A stretch of DNA of 63,668 bases from a virus (lineage: Duplodnaviria; Caudoviricetes): IMG/VR virus record IMGVR_UViG_3300049432_000050, positions 1 to 63,668 of that record, one strand, 5' to 3'. Both the position numbers and the translations under genes were made by a program. Below the pieces are notes generated by a model, which was not told the DNA's origin, did not search any database, and saw only the letters and a program-made list of their open reading frames with translations. This document shows, in pieces, positions 45,734-54,839 of the stretch. Position 1 is the first letter of the stretch. Each line of letters opens with the position of its first letter.

Positions 45734-48321
45734 CCCTCGAAGCGTTCACGCTCGACGGCCTGTCGCTGTCCAACGGCTCCCCGTTCGAGCTCGCGGACAC
45801 CCCCGAATTCATCCCGGCCCCGATGCGCGCGGACTGGGTTGGCGGCCCTGACGTCGACGGGGCGATCCTGCTCGAGGACCCGCACGCCGACAATTGCGTG
45901 TTCACGCTCCCCCTCAGGATCTCTCAGCAGGCGACCGCGGACCCCTTGGTCGCCGGATACCTCGGGCAACTCCTCGACAAACTCGGCGCCGCGGCACGCG
46001 AAGGCTCTGCGGGGATCGATCTCGTGTGGACCCCGAAGGACTGGGCGCGGTCGTTCACGGCGGTCGTGCTGCTCGGAGAGATCGCCGGGCTACCCCTCGA
46101 CTCCCGCGGCGCACAGGTGGGATGGCTCGTCAGGTCCCCGGTGATCACCGTCCGGCTGACAGGCAAGCCGTTCCTCTATGGGGCGTGGCTGGACTCGTTC
46201 AGCGACACGTTCGCGACGGACACGATCGCGAACTACACGCTCGACCTCGGGTCCGGGACGATCAGCGTTAGCGGCGGACAGCTCGTGCCGTCCAGCACCG
46301 CCGAGAAGAACCTCGCGCACACCGCCTCCACATACGACCTCGAGAACGCCCGCGCAACGATCAAGGTCACGACCGGGGCCTCCGTCGCATCAGGTCTCGC
46401 CGGCCCGATCCTCAAGCGCCTGGACGCGAACAACTATCTCGCGGGGCAACTCGTGTTCGCGGGCGCGTCGAGCCTCGTGCGGATCGTCAAGCGCGACGGT
46501 GGGACGGTCACGACGCTCGCGTCAAGCTCGACGTTCACGACGACCACCGCGACGTCGTACTGGGTGCGGGTGCGGCAGGACGGCAACACGCTGGTCGCGG
46601 AAGCGTTCGCGAGCGCACCGGGAGCGACGACTACGCGGATCACCGGCAGCGGGATCCTGTGGCCGCTCGCGGGCGCCGACATCACGAAGTTCGGACTCGG
46701 CGTCAAGGGCCGCGCCGGGATCCGTTTCCAGCCCGCGGGGACGGACTGGCGCGCGGATGACTTCACGGTCGAGCCGAATGTCTCAACGAACGTTGGGAAC
46801 ACGACGAGTCCGGTCATCGACTTCGTCCTGTCCGACGTGCCGGGGGACACGGCCGCGGAGGGCAAGCTGACGGTCATCGACAGCGCCGGGCAGCCCCGCC
46901 GCCACTTCGAGCTGGCGATCGACCCGGAGTATGTGTCGACGGCCGCGAGCTTTATCGCGAAGGCGAGCCTTGTTACCTCGGGGTTCGCGGGGATCCCCGC
47001 GACGTTGACGATCGCGCCGACCGCGGCGTTCGGGACCGGAACCCTCACGCACGTCGGGGGGTGGCGCGTCAAGCTCCTCGGCGCGCAGGTCTCCGGCCCC
47101 GGAGTGCAGGCCCGGCTCGCGTACCGCACCGGGGACGGGCAGTACAGCTTCACGCCATGGGTCACTCCGCCGTTCGAGGACGCCGAATGCGAGATCGACT
47201 TCGGCGTCATCCAGATCGGCGCCGTCGCGCTCGGGACACAGGCGTGGGACGGCCGCGTCGAAGCGAGGTCCACGACACCCGGGGACACCCTGTCGATGCC
47301 GAACGCGGCAGCGGGAATGCTGCTGCTTCCCGTCGACGGCGGGCACATCAAGGCGCGCCGCAAGTACGTGCATCAGGCCGGGGCGTACGTCGCCCGCGAC
47401 GAGTTCACCGCCATCACCGCCGGGACCGCCCTGAACGCCCGCGCGGCGACGCTCGGTGGGACATGGGCAACATCCGGTGCGACCACGGACTTCGCGGCGT
47501 CCGACTCCCCGGCGGGGTCTGAGACGATGATGCGCGCCACGACCTCGGACACCACGAACGGCCGCACCGCGCTCCTCGGCTCAACCGTCTACGCCGCGAT
47601 CGAGATCGGCGTCGACGCGCAGTTCACAGGCTTCGACGACGACGCCCTGCTCTATGCGCAGCTCATCGCCCGGTATGTCGACTCCAGCAACTACCTGCTC
47701 TGCTCGTGGAACTTCCGTGACGATGGGTCGAGGCCGGCGCTCACGATCTACAAGGTCATCGCCGGGGCCTCAACGATCATCACCTATGAGCAGGAGATGT
47801 GGTCTCCGATCCCGGCCGTGGACACGTGGTACACGATCCGGCTCGTCGTGTTCGCGTCCGGCGTCGGGAACGCCGCCGTGCTGAACACCGCGACCGGAGC
47901 GACGCAGCTCTCCGCCGTGTTCTCCGACTCGGTGCTCGCGACGGGCGGCACCCTCGACGATGGGAAGATCGGATTCCGGGACATCAGCAGCGGCACACCA
48001 TCCCCCGTCGTCACCCGCTACTACGACAACTTCTACGCCGCGACCCCGGCCGCCGAAACGCTCGTCATCGAGTCCGGGCGCACACTCGTCCTCACGCACG
48101 ACACCGCCCTGAAAGAAGCCAGCAGCGGCGGCACCTATGGACTGCTCGCCCCGCGCGGCGCCCGCGTGTTCGTGCCGCACGCCGGCCGCGACGACAGGCA
48201 AGCCAGGTTCGTCGCGAAAGCCCGCCGTGTCGACGTCGATACGACCACCGACGCGAACCTCACGGACGCCCTCACCACGCAGCTGTCCTACCGGCCGCGG
48301 TACAGGATTCCGCGCGCATGA
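45730..48321 (+). CDS. Minor tail protein (distal-tail-like with inserted beta-sandwich domains)
   Basis: Follows the tape measure; two lectin-like Thr/Gly-rich domains. Confidence 0.75.
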   Translation: MTLEAFTLDGLSLSNGSPFELADTPEFIPAPMRADWVGGPDVDGAILLEDPHADNCVFTLPLRISQQATADPLVAGYLGQLLDKLGAAAREGSAGIDLVWTPKDWARSFTAVVLLGEIAGLPLDSRGAQVGWLVRSPVITVRLTGKPFLYGAWLDSFSDTFATDTIANYTLDLGSGTISVSGGQLVPSSTAEKNLAHTASTYDLENARATIKVTTGASVASGLAGPILKRLDANNYLAGQLVFAGASSLVRIVKRDGGTVTTLASSSTFTTTTATSYWVRVRQDGNTLVAEAFASAPGATTTRITGSGILWPLAGADITKFGLGVKGRAGIRFQPAGTDWRADDFTVEPNVSTNVGNTTSPVIDFVLSDVPGDTAAEGKLTVIDSAGQPRRHFELAIDPEYVSTAASFIAKASLVTSGFAGIPATLTIAPTAAFGTGTLTHVGGWRVKLLGAQVSGPGVQARLAYRTGDGQYSFTPWVTPPFEDAECEIDFGVIQIGAVALGTQAWDGRVEARSTTPGDTLSMPNAAAGMLLLPVDGGHIKARRKYVHQAGAYVARDEFTAITAGTALNARAATLGGTWATSGATTDFAASDSPAGSETMMRATTSDTTNGRTALLGSTVYAAIEIGVDAQFTGFDDDALLYAQLIARYVDSSNYLLCSWNFRDDGSRPALTIYKVIAGASTIITYEQEMWSPIPAVDTWYTIRLVVFASGVGNAAVLNTATGATQLSAVFSDSVLATGGTLDDGKIGFRDISSGTPSPVVTRYYDNFYAATPAAETLVIESGRTLVLTHDTALKEASSGGTYGLLAPRGARVFVPHAGRDDRQARFVAKARRVDVDTTTDANLTDALTTQLSYRPRYRIPRA

Positions 48322-49961
48322 AACCCCCGCTCGGGCTGCACACCGAGATCGAGACGGCCGCCGGAGACACGTACCGCTGGGACGGCAATGCCCGCAACCC
48401 CGCAGACCGGCCGCAAGCCGTCACGTGCGGGTCGAAGCTCGGGGAGGGCTACAGCCAGAGCACCGTCACACTGGCCCGCAAGGGAGCTCTCTCCTACCCC
48501 GACATCGACGAGTTCGCAACGATCCGGCACATCGGCCTTGACGGCCAGATCGCGTACGAGGGCAGGATCGCGGCGACCCCCCGCTCGGGACGCAAGATCG
48601 AAGTGCAGGCCGTCGGATGGATGAGTCACGCCCGCGACACCCCGATCCCCGCGCTCCTCATCGTCGACCGGGACATGAACAACTGGGCGGGCGCAAGTCG
48701 CACCCGCAACATTGCGCTCACGGCATCGAACATCACGAGCGCGGAACCGCCACGCCCGATGTCCGACAGCGCGAACGCGGCAGGGCTGCTATTGGCGCAC
48801 GCGAGCGAATGGGCATCCCCAATCAGGCCCGACACCGAAGCGTGGTACGACGCCGGACCGTTCGTAGACGGCAACAAGATCGCCCGCCTCTACTACGACA
48901 TGGCCGCCGCAGGCAACACCTCCACAGCCAACGCGAACTGGGACCTACAGATCCGCACGACGAACACCGACGACGCGTCCGTGATCGTCGCGAGCTCCGG
49001 GGACATATGGGCGAGCGTCCCGATCGCGCAGGCCATGAGCGACATCATCGGATCCCGCTACGCGTTCGTCAGCTTCGTCTACACCGTGTCCCCCGGTGGC
49101 GCCCCGGCCTACGACTACAGCGTGCATGCCCGCAAGCTCGCCGTGTGGGGCAACCACGGCCTCAACCTCTACGGCACCACCGAGCCGTACGGCGCTCGCG
49201 CGTCGGACATCATCCGGTACGTCGCCGGGCTCTACGCCCCCCTGCTCGACACGAGCGGCATCGCGGACTCACCGAGCATCATCGATCAGTTCCGCTTCAA
49301 GGAGCAGACCTACGCCTACGACGTGTTCACGAAAGCCAACGCGTACGACCGGTACAACATCGCGGTCTGGGACGACCGGATCCTCACATACACGGCGATG
49401 CCCGCCGCCACCGACGACCCGACATGGGTCGTTCGCGCATCCGACGGCAACGGCTACGAACCCAACTGGACAGGCCCCAGCACGGCCGCGACCGCGAACG
49501 GCGTGATGGTCCGCTTTCAGAACGTCCTCACCGGCCAGGAGGACGTCGTATCCCCCGACACCGACGCCACACTCGCGGACACCCGCGACACGATCGCCGC
49601 GAACCGCGCCGGCATCCCACGCTGGGAAGCGATCCAGCTCCCCGACCCCAACACCCCGACCGGGGCAGCGGAGATCGGCCGGGCGATCCTCGCCGAGTTC
49701 AACCGGCCGCGGCACCCCGGAGACATCACCGTCCGCGGTCACATCCGAGACCTCGCCGGGAACTGGCACCAGGGGTGGCGCGTCAAAGCCGGCGACACCG
49801 TACTGCTCGAGGACGACCCCGACGCGACGCCGCTCACGATCTGGGATGCGCCGTGGACGCAGGACACAAAGACGCTGACGATGCACGTCGACGGTGCGGC
49901 GGCGACAAGCGACGGGATCCTCGGAGACCTACTGACGCTCAGAGACAGGCGGGTTGCGTGA
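48318..49961 (+). CDS. Minor tail protein (baseplate hub-like)
   Basis: Position and size. Confidence 0.7.
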   Translation: MKPPLGLHTEIETAAGDTYRWDGNARNPADRPQAVTCGSKLGEGYSQSTVTLARKGALSYPDIDEFATIRHIGLDGQIAYEGRIAATPRSGRKIEVQAVGWMSHARDTPIPALLIVDRDMNNWAGASRTRNIALTASNITSAEPPRPMSDSANAAGLLLAHASEWASPIRPDTEAWYDAGPFVDGNKIARLYYDMAAAGNTSTANANWDLQIRTTNTDDASVIVASSGDIWASVPIAQAMSDIIGSRYAFVSFVYTVSPGGAPAYDYSVHARKLAVWGNHGLNLYGTTEPYGARASDIIRYVAGLYAPLLDTSGIADSPSIIDQFRFKEQTYAYDVFTKANAYDRYNIAVWDDRILTYTAMPAATDDPTWVVRASDGNGYEPNWTGPSTAATANGVMVRFQNVLTGQEDVVSPDTDATLADTRDTIAANRAGIPRWEAIQLPDPNTPTGAAEIGRAILAEFNRPRHPGDITVRGHIRDLAGNWHQGWRVKAGDTVLLEDDPDATPLTIWDAPWTQDTKTLTMHVDGAAATSDGILGDLLTLRDRRVA

Positions 49962-50167
49962 GCACGGACGCGAACCTCGCCGCCGCGCAAACAGCGCTGA
50001 ACGACCGCGCGAAATGGATCGGTGAGACGTTCCCGGACCGCATCGACAAGGCGCAACAGGCAGCACTCACGATGATGCGCGCCGACCTTGATGCGCTCAC
50101 GGCGAAGGTGGCCGCTCTCGATGCCCGCGTGCTGCTGCTGGAGAAAGTCAAGCCGCCGACGAAGTAG
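49958..50167 (+). CDS. Small coiled-coil protein
   Basis: GTGA coupling; LTAKVAALDARV. Confidence 0.6.
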   Translation: MSTDANLAAAQTALNDRAKWIGETFPDRIDKAQQAALTMMRADLDALTAKVAALDARVLLLEKVKPPTK

Positions 50168-50194
50168 CATCCCCGGTCGCCTCCCCTTCGCGAT

Positions 50195-50231
50195 CGAACG
50201 CCGCTCCTCACGGGGCGGCGTTCGTCGTTCT
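50195..50231 (+). terminator. Intrinsic terminator ending the tail operon
   Basis: CGAACGCCGCTC / GGGCGGCGTTCG followed by TCGTTCT. Confidence 0.7.
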
Positions 50232-50284
50232 CCCGTCAGGTAGGTAGCCTCCGCCGCGACACCCGAAATGTGGAGGTAGAGATC

Positions 50285-50488
50285 ATGGCCGCACCCGCCG
50301 AAGCGAAGTCCCTCCTCAAGCGCGAGCCCGTCGCGCTCGCGACCGGAGCGATGACGATCCTGTCGACCGTCGTGTACGTCCTCCCGAGCATGGGCCTCCC
50401 GATCCCAGACAAGGTTCAGAAGGGCATCACGCTACTCGCGATGGTCGCCGGGGGACTCGGGATCCGGTCGCTCGTGAAGCCCGCGTGA
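50285..50488 (+). CDS. Holin-like two-TM protein
   Basis: GGAGG RBS; KREPVA...IRSLVKP pattern common in actinophage holins. Confidence 0.65.
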   Translation: MAAPAEAKSLLKREPVALATGAMTILSTVVYVLPSMGLPIPDKVQKGITLLAMVAGGLGIRSLVKPA

Positions 50489-50489
50489 C

Positions 50490-50591
50490 ATGCCGACGAT
50501 CACGTTCGATTTCGTGCACATCACGCTCAGCCTCGGGGAACTCCCCGCGCTGATCGCGAAGGCGTTCTGCGCAATCGTCCCGTTCTGCTGA
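50490..50591 (+). CDS. 33-aa hydrophobic microprotein
   Basis: Fills the gap in the operon. Confidence 0.35.
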   Translation: MPTITFDFVHITLSLGELPALIAKAFCAIVPFC

Positions 50592-50602
50592 GGACCCGGG
50601 CC

Positions 50603-50770
50603 GTGGCCATCGCCTTGTGCTCGATCGCTGGTGCGATCCTCGGCGGCGGGATCGCCGGCAACATCGCGACCCGTCAACCCGACGGGTGGGCGCTCATCAT
50701 CCCGCTCGGACTCATGGGCATGGTCGGCGGCGCGATCCTCGGCGCTGGCATTGGCGCCGTGGCCTGGTGA
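50603..50770 (+). CDS. Glycine-zipper membrane microprotein (55 aa)
   Basis: GAILGGGIAG...GGAILGAGIGA; GAGGA RBS. Confidence 0.55.
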   Translation: MAIALCSIAGAILGGGIAGNIATRQPDGWALIIPLGLMGMVGGAILGAGIGAVAW

Positions 50771-50856
50771 GCGGCGCGCCCGGCCCGTTGCTGCTGACGT
50801 TCGCCATCGGCGCGATCATCGTCGTGCTCGCCGCAGCGATCACCACCCTGCTGTGA
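50767..50856 (+). CDS. 29-aa single-TM microprotein
   Basis: GTGA coupling; hydrophobic. Confidence 0.4.
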   Translation: MSGAPGPLLLTFAIGAIIVVLAAAITTLL

Positions 50857-50956
50857 CGCCCGTGGCCTGCACGCCGCATCGGGGGTGTTTGCGGCACCGC
50901 CCCCGCGGGTTGGCCGCCCGGACCGCTGGAGAGGCGTTCGCACGCCTCACACGACC

Positions 50957-51478
50957 ATGATCGACGTGAACACGGCGCTCCTCCAACGCCTCGCGCCCGT
51001 GCTGCGCGCCGACGACGGCGACAAGTACCTCGACGGGCCCGTCACCGTCCACGCCTGCATAGCGGGGACGTTCGCGCAATTCTGGATCGCGTACCCAGGG
51101 GACCCCGACCACACGGGCATCGACTGGGAGATGGTCATGTTCAGCGTCGGGACCGGGGGCGAACCACTGCAGGCGGCGTACGCGCGGCATCGCACCGTCA
51201 CCGTCCGCCCCTGGACGCAGGTCCGGAAGGTCGATGGGCACCCCGTTGTGCTCGTCAGCCGGCACAAGCACGCGAGCTACTTCGATGGCATGTGGCATCG
51301 TCACGGCCGGCACCTGGAGCGCACGAACGCCCGGCGCGAGCTCGCGTACACACTCGTGCTGGACGTGCCCGCGGCGGTCGCGAAGCGTCCGGCTCACATG
51401 GACCCGGACGCATGGGTCCTTCGGCGCCTGCAGAAACGATCTGTGTTTCGCCGCGCGTCCGCGCGACTCGTGGGCTAA
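50957..51478 (+). CDS. Vps62/NPP1-like domain protein
   Basis: LAPVLR, QFWIAYP, HTGIDWEMV, YARH, HPVVLVSRHKHASY. Confidence 0.55.
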   Translation: MIDVNTALLQRLAPVLRADDGDKYLDGPVTVHACIAGTFAQFWIAYPGDPDHTGIDWEMVMFSVGTGGEPLQAAYARHRTVTVRPWTQVRKVDGHPVVLVSRHKHASYFDGMWHRHGRHLERTNARRELAYTLVLDVPAAVAKRPAHMDPDAWVLRRLQKRSVFRRASARLVG

Positions 51479-51551
51479 CCACCGCGGGATATGGGACAAT
51501 CAGCGGGCAGGGACACCCCGGTGTCCGAGAACCACACAGGCAGGAGCACCG

Positions 51552-51782
51552 ATGGACACAGCCGAAACACCCCCGCCCGAGCGCGCCCGCGTGACGATCA
51601 TCTACAAGAGCGGCGCGACCATCGACATGACATGCGACAACGTCATCGTGCGCAAACGAGCCAGCGAGATTGTGGAGATCGAATGGGTCGCCGCTCGCCC
51701 CCGCCCGCTACACATCGGCCTGGATGACATCGCAGCAGTCTGGGAGCACGTAGACGACGGCCCCGCGCCCGATGTTCAGTAG
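51552..51782 (+). CDS. Hypothetical protein
   Basis: AGGAG RBS. Confidence 0.65.
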   Translation: MDTAETPPPERARVTIIYKSGATIDMTCDNVIVRKRASEIVEIEWVAARPRPLHIGLDDIAAVWEHVDDGPAPDVQ

Positions 51783-52209
51783 GCGCCCTACGCACAGCGC
51801 GCAGTACCGCGCGCACATCGCAAGCCCCGAATGGGACCGCATCCGTGCTGGCGCCCTACAACGCTCGGGCTACAGCTGCGACCTCTGCGGACGCAACCGA
51901 GACGCACTCCGCCGCATCGGCAGACATCTGCAGGTCCATCACAAGCATTACAGGAACCTCGGCCGCGAACGCCCCGAAGACCTCGCCGTGCTGTGCGCCG
52001 GCGGCCGTGGCGGCTGCCACGCGCTCGCTGACGCACAGCGCCGCGCCGCGAACGGCACCACACGCGCACCCGCCCGCAAGCACCGATCGCGCCGAGGCCG
52101 CCGGCGCCGCGTGAGCGCACCCGTACGCGCGCTACTGACCCCCGTCGGGATCTTCCTCACCGCCGCTGGCGGCCTGAAGCTCTGCGCGATCATTCTCCCG
52201 CGCGTATGA
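51772..52209 (+). CDS. HNH endonuclease with C-terminal hydrophobic helix
   Basis: CDLCG, LQVHHKHY.NLG.E..EDL.VLC...CH. Confidence 0.8.
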   Translation: MFSRRPTHSAQYRAHIASPEWDRIRAGALQRSGYSCDLCGRNRDALRRIGRHLQVHHKHYRNLGRERPEDLAVLCAGGRGGCHALADAQRRAANGTTRAPARKHRSRRGRRRRVSAPVRALLTPVGIFLTAAGGLKLCAIILPRV

Positions 52210-52403
52210 ACGCTGACGGATGGATCATCGACGTGTGCCGCACCTGCGGACGCATCGCGACATGGCCGTTCTGCGTGCACCGGTCCCTCACGAGAGACGA
52301 CGGGAAGCCGTGGTGCGTACAAGTCATCGTCCGGCCAGCCACCGCCGAAGGGCGCGAGCTCGCGGCGCTGAACGCCGCCCAACGCACGGAACGGAGAGCG
52401 TGA
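52206..52403 (+). CDS. Small Cys-containing protein
   Basis: CRTCG; coupled. Confidence 0.55.
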   Translation: MNADGWIIDVCRTCGRIATWPFCVHRSLTRDDGKPWCVQVIVRPATAEGRELAALNAAQRTERRA

Positions 52404-52654
52404 GCGACCCGTTCTCCACGCACTGCGCGTACTGCGGCTCACCCGACGTGCTCGACGACGCATGGTTCTGCGACAAGCCCGCGTGCTGGGACGCGTATGA
52501 CGCGGAATGCCGCGAAGAGATCGCCTACCAAGACCGCACACCCCTGACCCGCAACAAAGCGACCGGCGACCTCATGTCAACGAAGGCAGCGGTCTGGGGC
52601 ACCCCGGTCCTGCGGATGGACCGCGCGGCGGCGCTCCTCATTCCGCCGTTGTAA
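52400..52654 (+). CDS. Small zinc-binding protein
   Basis: CAYCG...FCDKPAC. Confidence 0.55.
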   Translation: MSDPFSTHCAYCGSPDVLDDAWFCDKPACWDAYDAECREEIAYQDRTPLTRNKATGDLMSTKAAVWGTPVLRMDRAAALLIPPL

Positions 52655-52671
52655 AGGCGAAACTTCCGGGT

Positions 52672-53259
52672 GTGCTCGCGCCACCCGAAACCCCCACGAT
52701 CCCCGAGTGGGCGCCCCGCGACCTATGGCACCGCATCGGCATGGAACTCGGCGTCTTCGCCCCCCCGGCGGGCACCGAACGAGTCGAACGGACCTTCAGC
52801 CTGTCGATGCGCGGCGTGTCAGCGAACCGGCTGAAAGGCCGCCGCTTCGACGCCGCGAAGACCGACCTGCAGGGCCGCCTCATGCGCGAAATGCACAAGC
52901 TTCAATACCTGCTCCCCCGGCCGATCCCGAGCGTCGGGGAGGATGGGCAGGAACCCGTCTATGTCCACGCACGGCTGCGGTGCGCGACGCCGGCCGGCCG
53001 CGATGACGACAACTTTGGGCGGCATGTCATCAAGTCGCTCGGTGATGCGTTCGTCGGCCCGAAGTGGAAGGGTCAGCCGAGGAAGGGTGAGAAGCGGATT
53101 CCCGCGCACGGCAAGCTGATCTACAACGGCGCGCTGTACGAAGGCGGCTGGCTGCGGGACGACACGGGGCGGCATTGGATCTGGACGTTCGACATCGACC
53201 GCAAGCTCGGGCCGCCGTGCCTGACCGTGACGATTGTGTGGGATCAGCCCGAGCTCTAG
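52672..53259 (+). CDS. Divergent RusA-like endonuclease (start uncertain)
   Basis: SAN, RDDDN....KSLGDA, GWLRDD. Confidence 0.55.
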   Translation: MLAPPETPTIPEWAPRDLWHRIGMELGVFAPPAGTERVERTFSLSMRGVSANRLKGRRFDAAKTDLQGRLMREMHKLQYLLPRPIPSVGEDGQEPVYVHARLRCATPAGRDDDNFGRHVIKSLGDAFVGPKWKGQPRKGEKRIPAHGKLIYNGALYEGGWLRDDTGRHWIWTFDIDRKLGPPCLTVTIVWDQPEL

Positions 53260-53351
53260 TGCCGCGACTCGACGTTGTGCGTCATGTGCGCCACCCGGAC
53301 CGCACGCGCGGGGGCGTTTTCGTTCCCAGACGTTCCCCGCAGCCTACCGGT

Positions 53352-54839
53352 TCACGCCGGGATCGGTTCGGAATCCGGCGCATCGTCCGCGACGGCGAAC
53401 GACTCGTTGACCTCCGCTATGAGCTCATCGGGCACCCAGTAGGCGCGAAACCGGCGCGGCGTCATCGCGGTAGACGCGTCTGCCGGCGAAACCCACGGCA
53501 GCCATGAAAGCCACCGCGGCACCGTGTGCGCCTCGAACTCGTCCGCGGCCTCGTCCACCTTGACGTAGCCCACCCCCGGCAGCGACGGCGGGATCTCATC
53601 CGCTCGCGCGCCCGACATGTACGCGGTGCGGCCGAGAATCTTGCGGACCGTGTCCACGTTGTCGATGCGCAGAGCGATCTTTACGGGGATCTCGTCGCGG
53701 TCCCGCACGATCTCCTTCGTGGCGTTCTGGACGGCGCCGACGACGCTGCATCCCGGTGCGCGCCCGACGTTGATGAGTTGCCGCACCGACTCGCCGACCT
53801 TCTTATCCGCGGCGAGGACACCCTGCTCGTCGAAGAAGATGACCGTGAGAGGCCGCTCCGGCGTCGGTGTCAGCTTGCGCTCACCGCGTCCCTTCAGGTA
53901 CGGCAAGTTGTCCTTCATTCGCGTAACGCCCTTCGCGAGCAGCGCCTCGATGTCCTCGTCGGTATCCGCGAACTCAGCGAACAGATTGCGGCCCGGGAAC
54001 AACTCGACGCCGCCCTTCGCGTCCGCGACCCAAATCTCGACGGAGCCCTCCCGGATATACGGGATCAGGTGCAGGATGATGCTCCAGAACACCGAGCCCT
54101 TGCCCGCCCCCGTCTGCCCAACGACGAGGACGTGCGACCCGAGCACTGGGGCCGTAACCTTCCGCCCGCGCTCGTCGACGCCGATCGGGATGCGGCGCAG
54201 ATCCACCTCGCTCGTGGACGCCGGGATGCCGGGGAACGGGACGACGTCAGCGAGCGGGTCGTCCCCGCGGGGAAGCTCGAGCGTGACGTAGTCCGTCTGC
54301 GGGATGTCCGTCACGCGGCACTCCCGCGCGAGGAACGCTTTTGCGAGGTTCTGCGCGGTCTGCCCGTCATGCCCGACGAACTCGCGTGTCGTCTGTCCCG
54401 GCAGCACCTTCACGCGGACCGTGTCACCGGAGCGCGTGCAGGTCACCTTTGCGAGCTTCGGGACCTTGTCGAATCCGTTGTCAACGATCCCGGTGAGGTT
54501 CTGCCCAGCGAGCACGCGCTGCCACCGCCGCTCATACAGTCGCCACCTGCGGAACGCGCTGTACAGCCTGACGCCGATCAGGCCACGGTACGCCGCGAGG
54601 ACGCCCAGGCGGCCTGTTGTGCGCGCGAGGACGCGGCCCGTGATGTTCCATGCGATCAGGGCCAGGGCACCGTAGAACACGACGCCGACCGCGGCATGCA
54701 AGGTCGTCACGACCGCGAGCGCGACGAACGCGGCGAGCAGGCCGGCGCGGACCGGAAACCGGTATGCCGCGACAGCGACGATCGCGACCGTCTGACACAC
54801 AATCACGATGAGGTTCCAGATCAGGACCGCCCAATCCAT
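53352..54839 (-). CDS. FtsK/SpoIIIE-family (TraB-like) membrane DNA translocase
   Basis: N-terminal TM helices; HVLVVGQTGAGKG, DAKGGVEL, IFFDE, GRAPG...AVQ, PGVGYV. Confidence 0.9.
   Translation of the reverse strand: MDWAVLIWNLIVIVCQTVAIVAVAAYRFPVRAGLLAAFVALAVVTTLHAAVGVVFYGALALIAWNITGRVLARTTGRLGVLAAYRGLIGVRLYSAFRRWRLYERRWQRVLAGQNLTGIVDNGFDKVPKLAKVTCTRSGDTVRVKVLPGQTTREFVGHDGQTAQNLAKAFLARECRVTDIPQTDYVTLELPRGDDPLADVVPFPGIPASTSEVDLRRIPIGVDERGRKVTAPVLGSHVLVVGQTGAGKGSVFWSIILHLIPYIREGSVEIWVADAKGGVELFPGRNLFAEFADTDEDIEALLAKGVTRMKDNLPYLKGRGERKLTPTPERPLTVIFFDEQGVLAADKKVGESVRQLINVGRAPGCSVVGAVQNATKEIVRDRDEIPVKIALRIDNVDTVRKILGRTAYMSGARADEIPPSLPGVGYVKVDEAADEFEAHTVPRWLSWLPWVSPADASTAMTPRRFRAYWVPDELIAEVNESFAVADDAPDSEPIPA

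Noticed and set aside
52640-52672. Possible frameshift fusion of 52400-52654 with the RusA-like ORF
   Set aside because: No recognisable slippery heptamer; an internal GTG or ATG start explains the ORF
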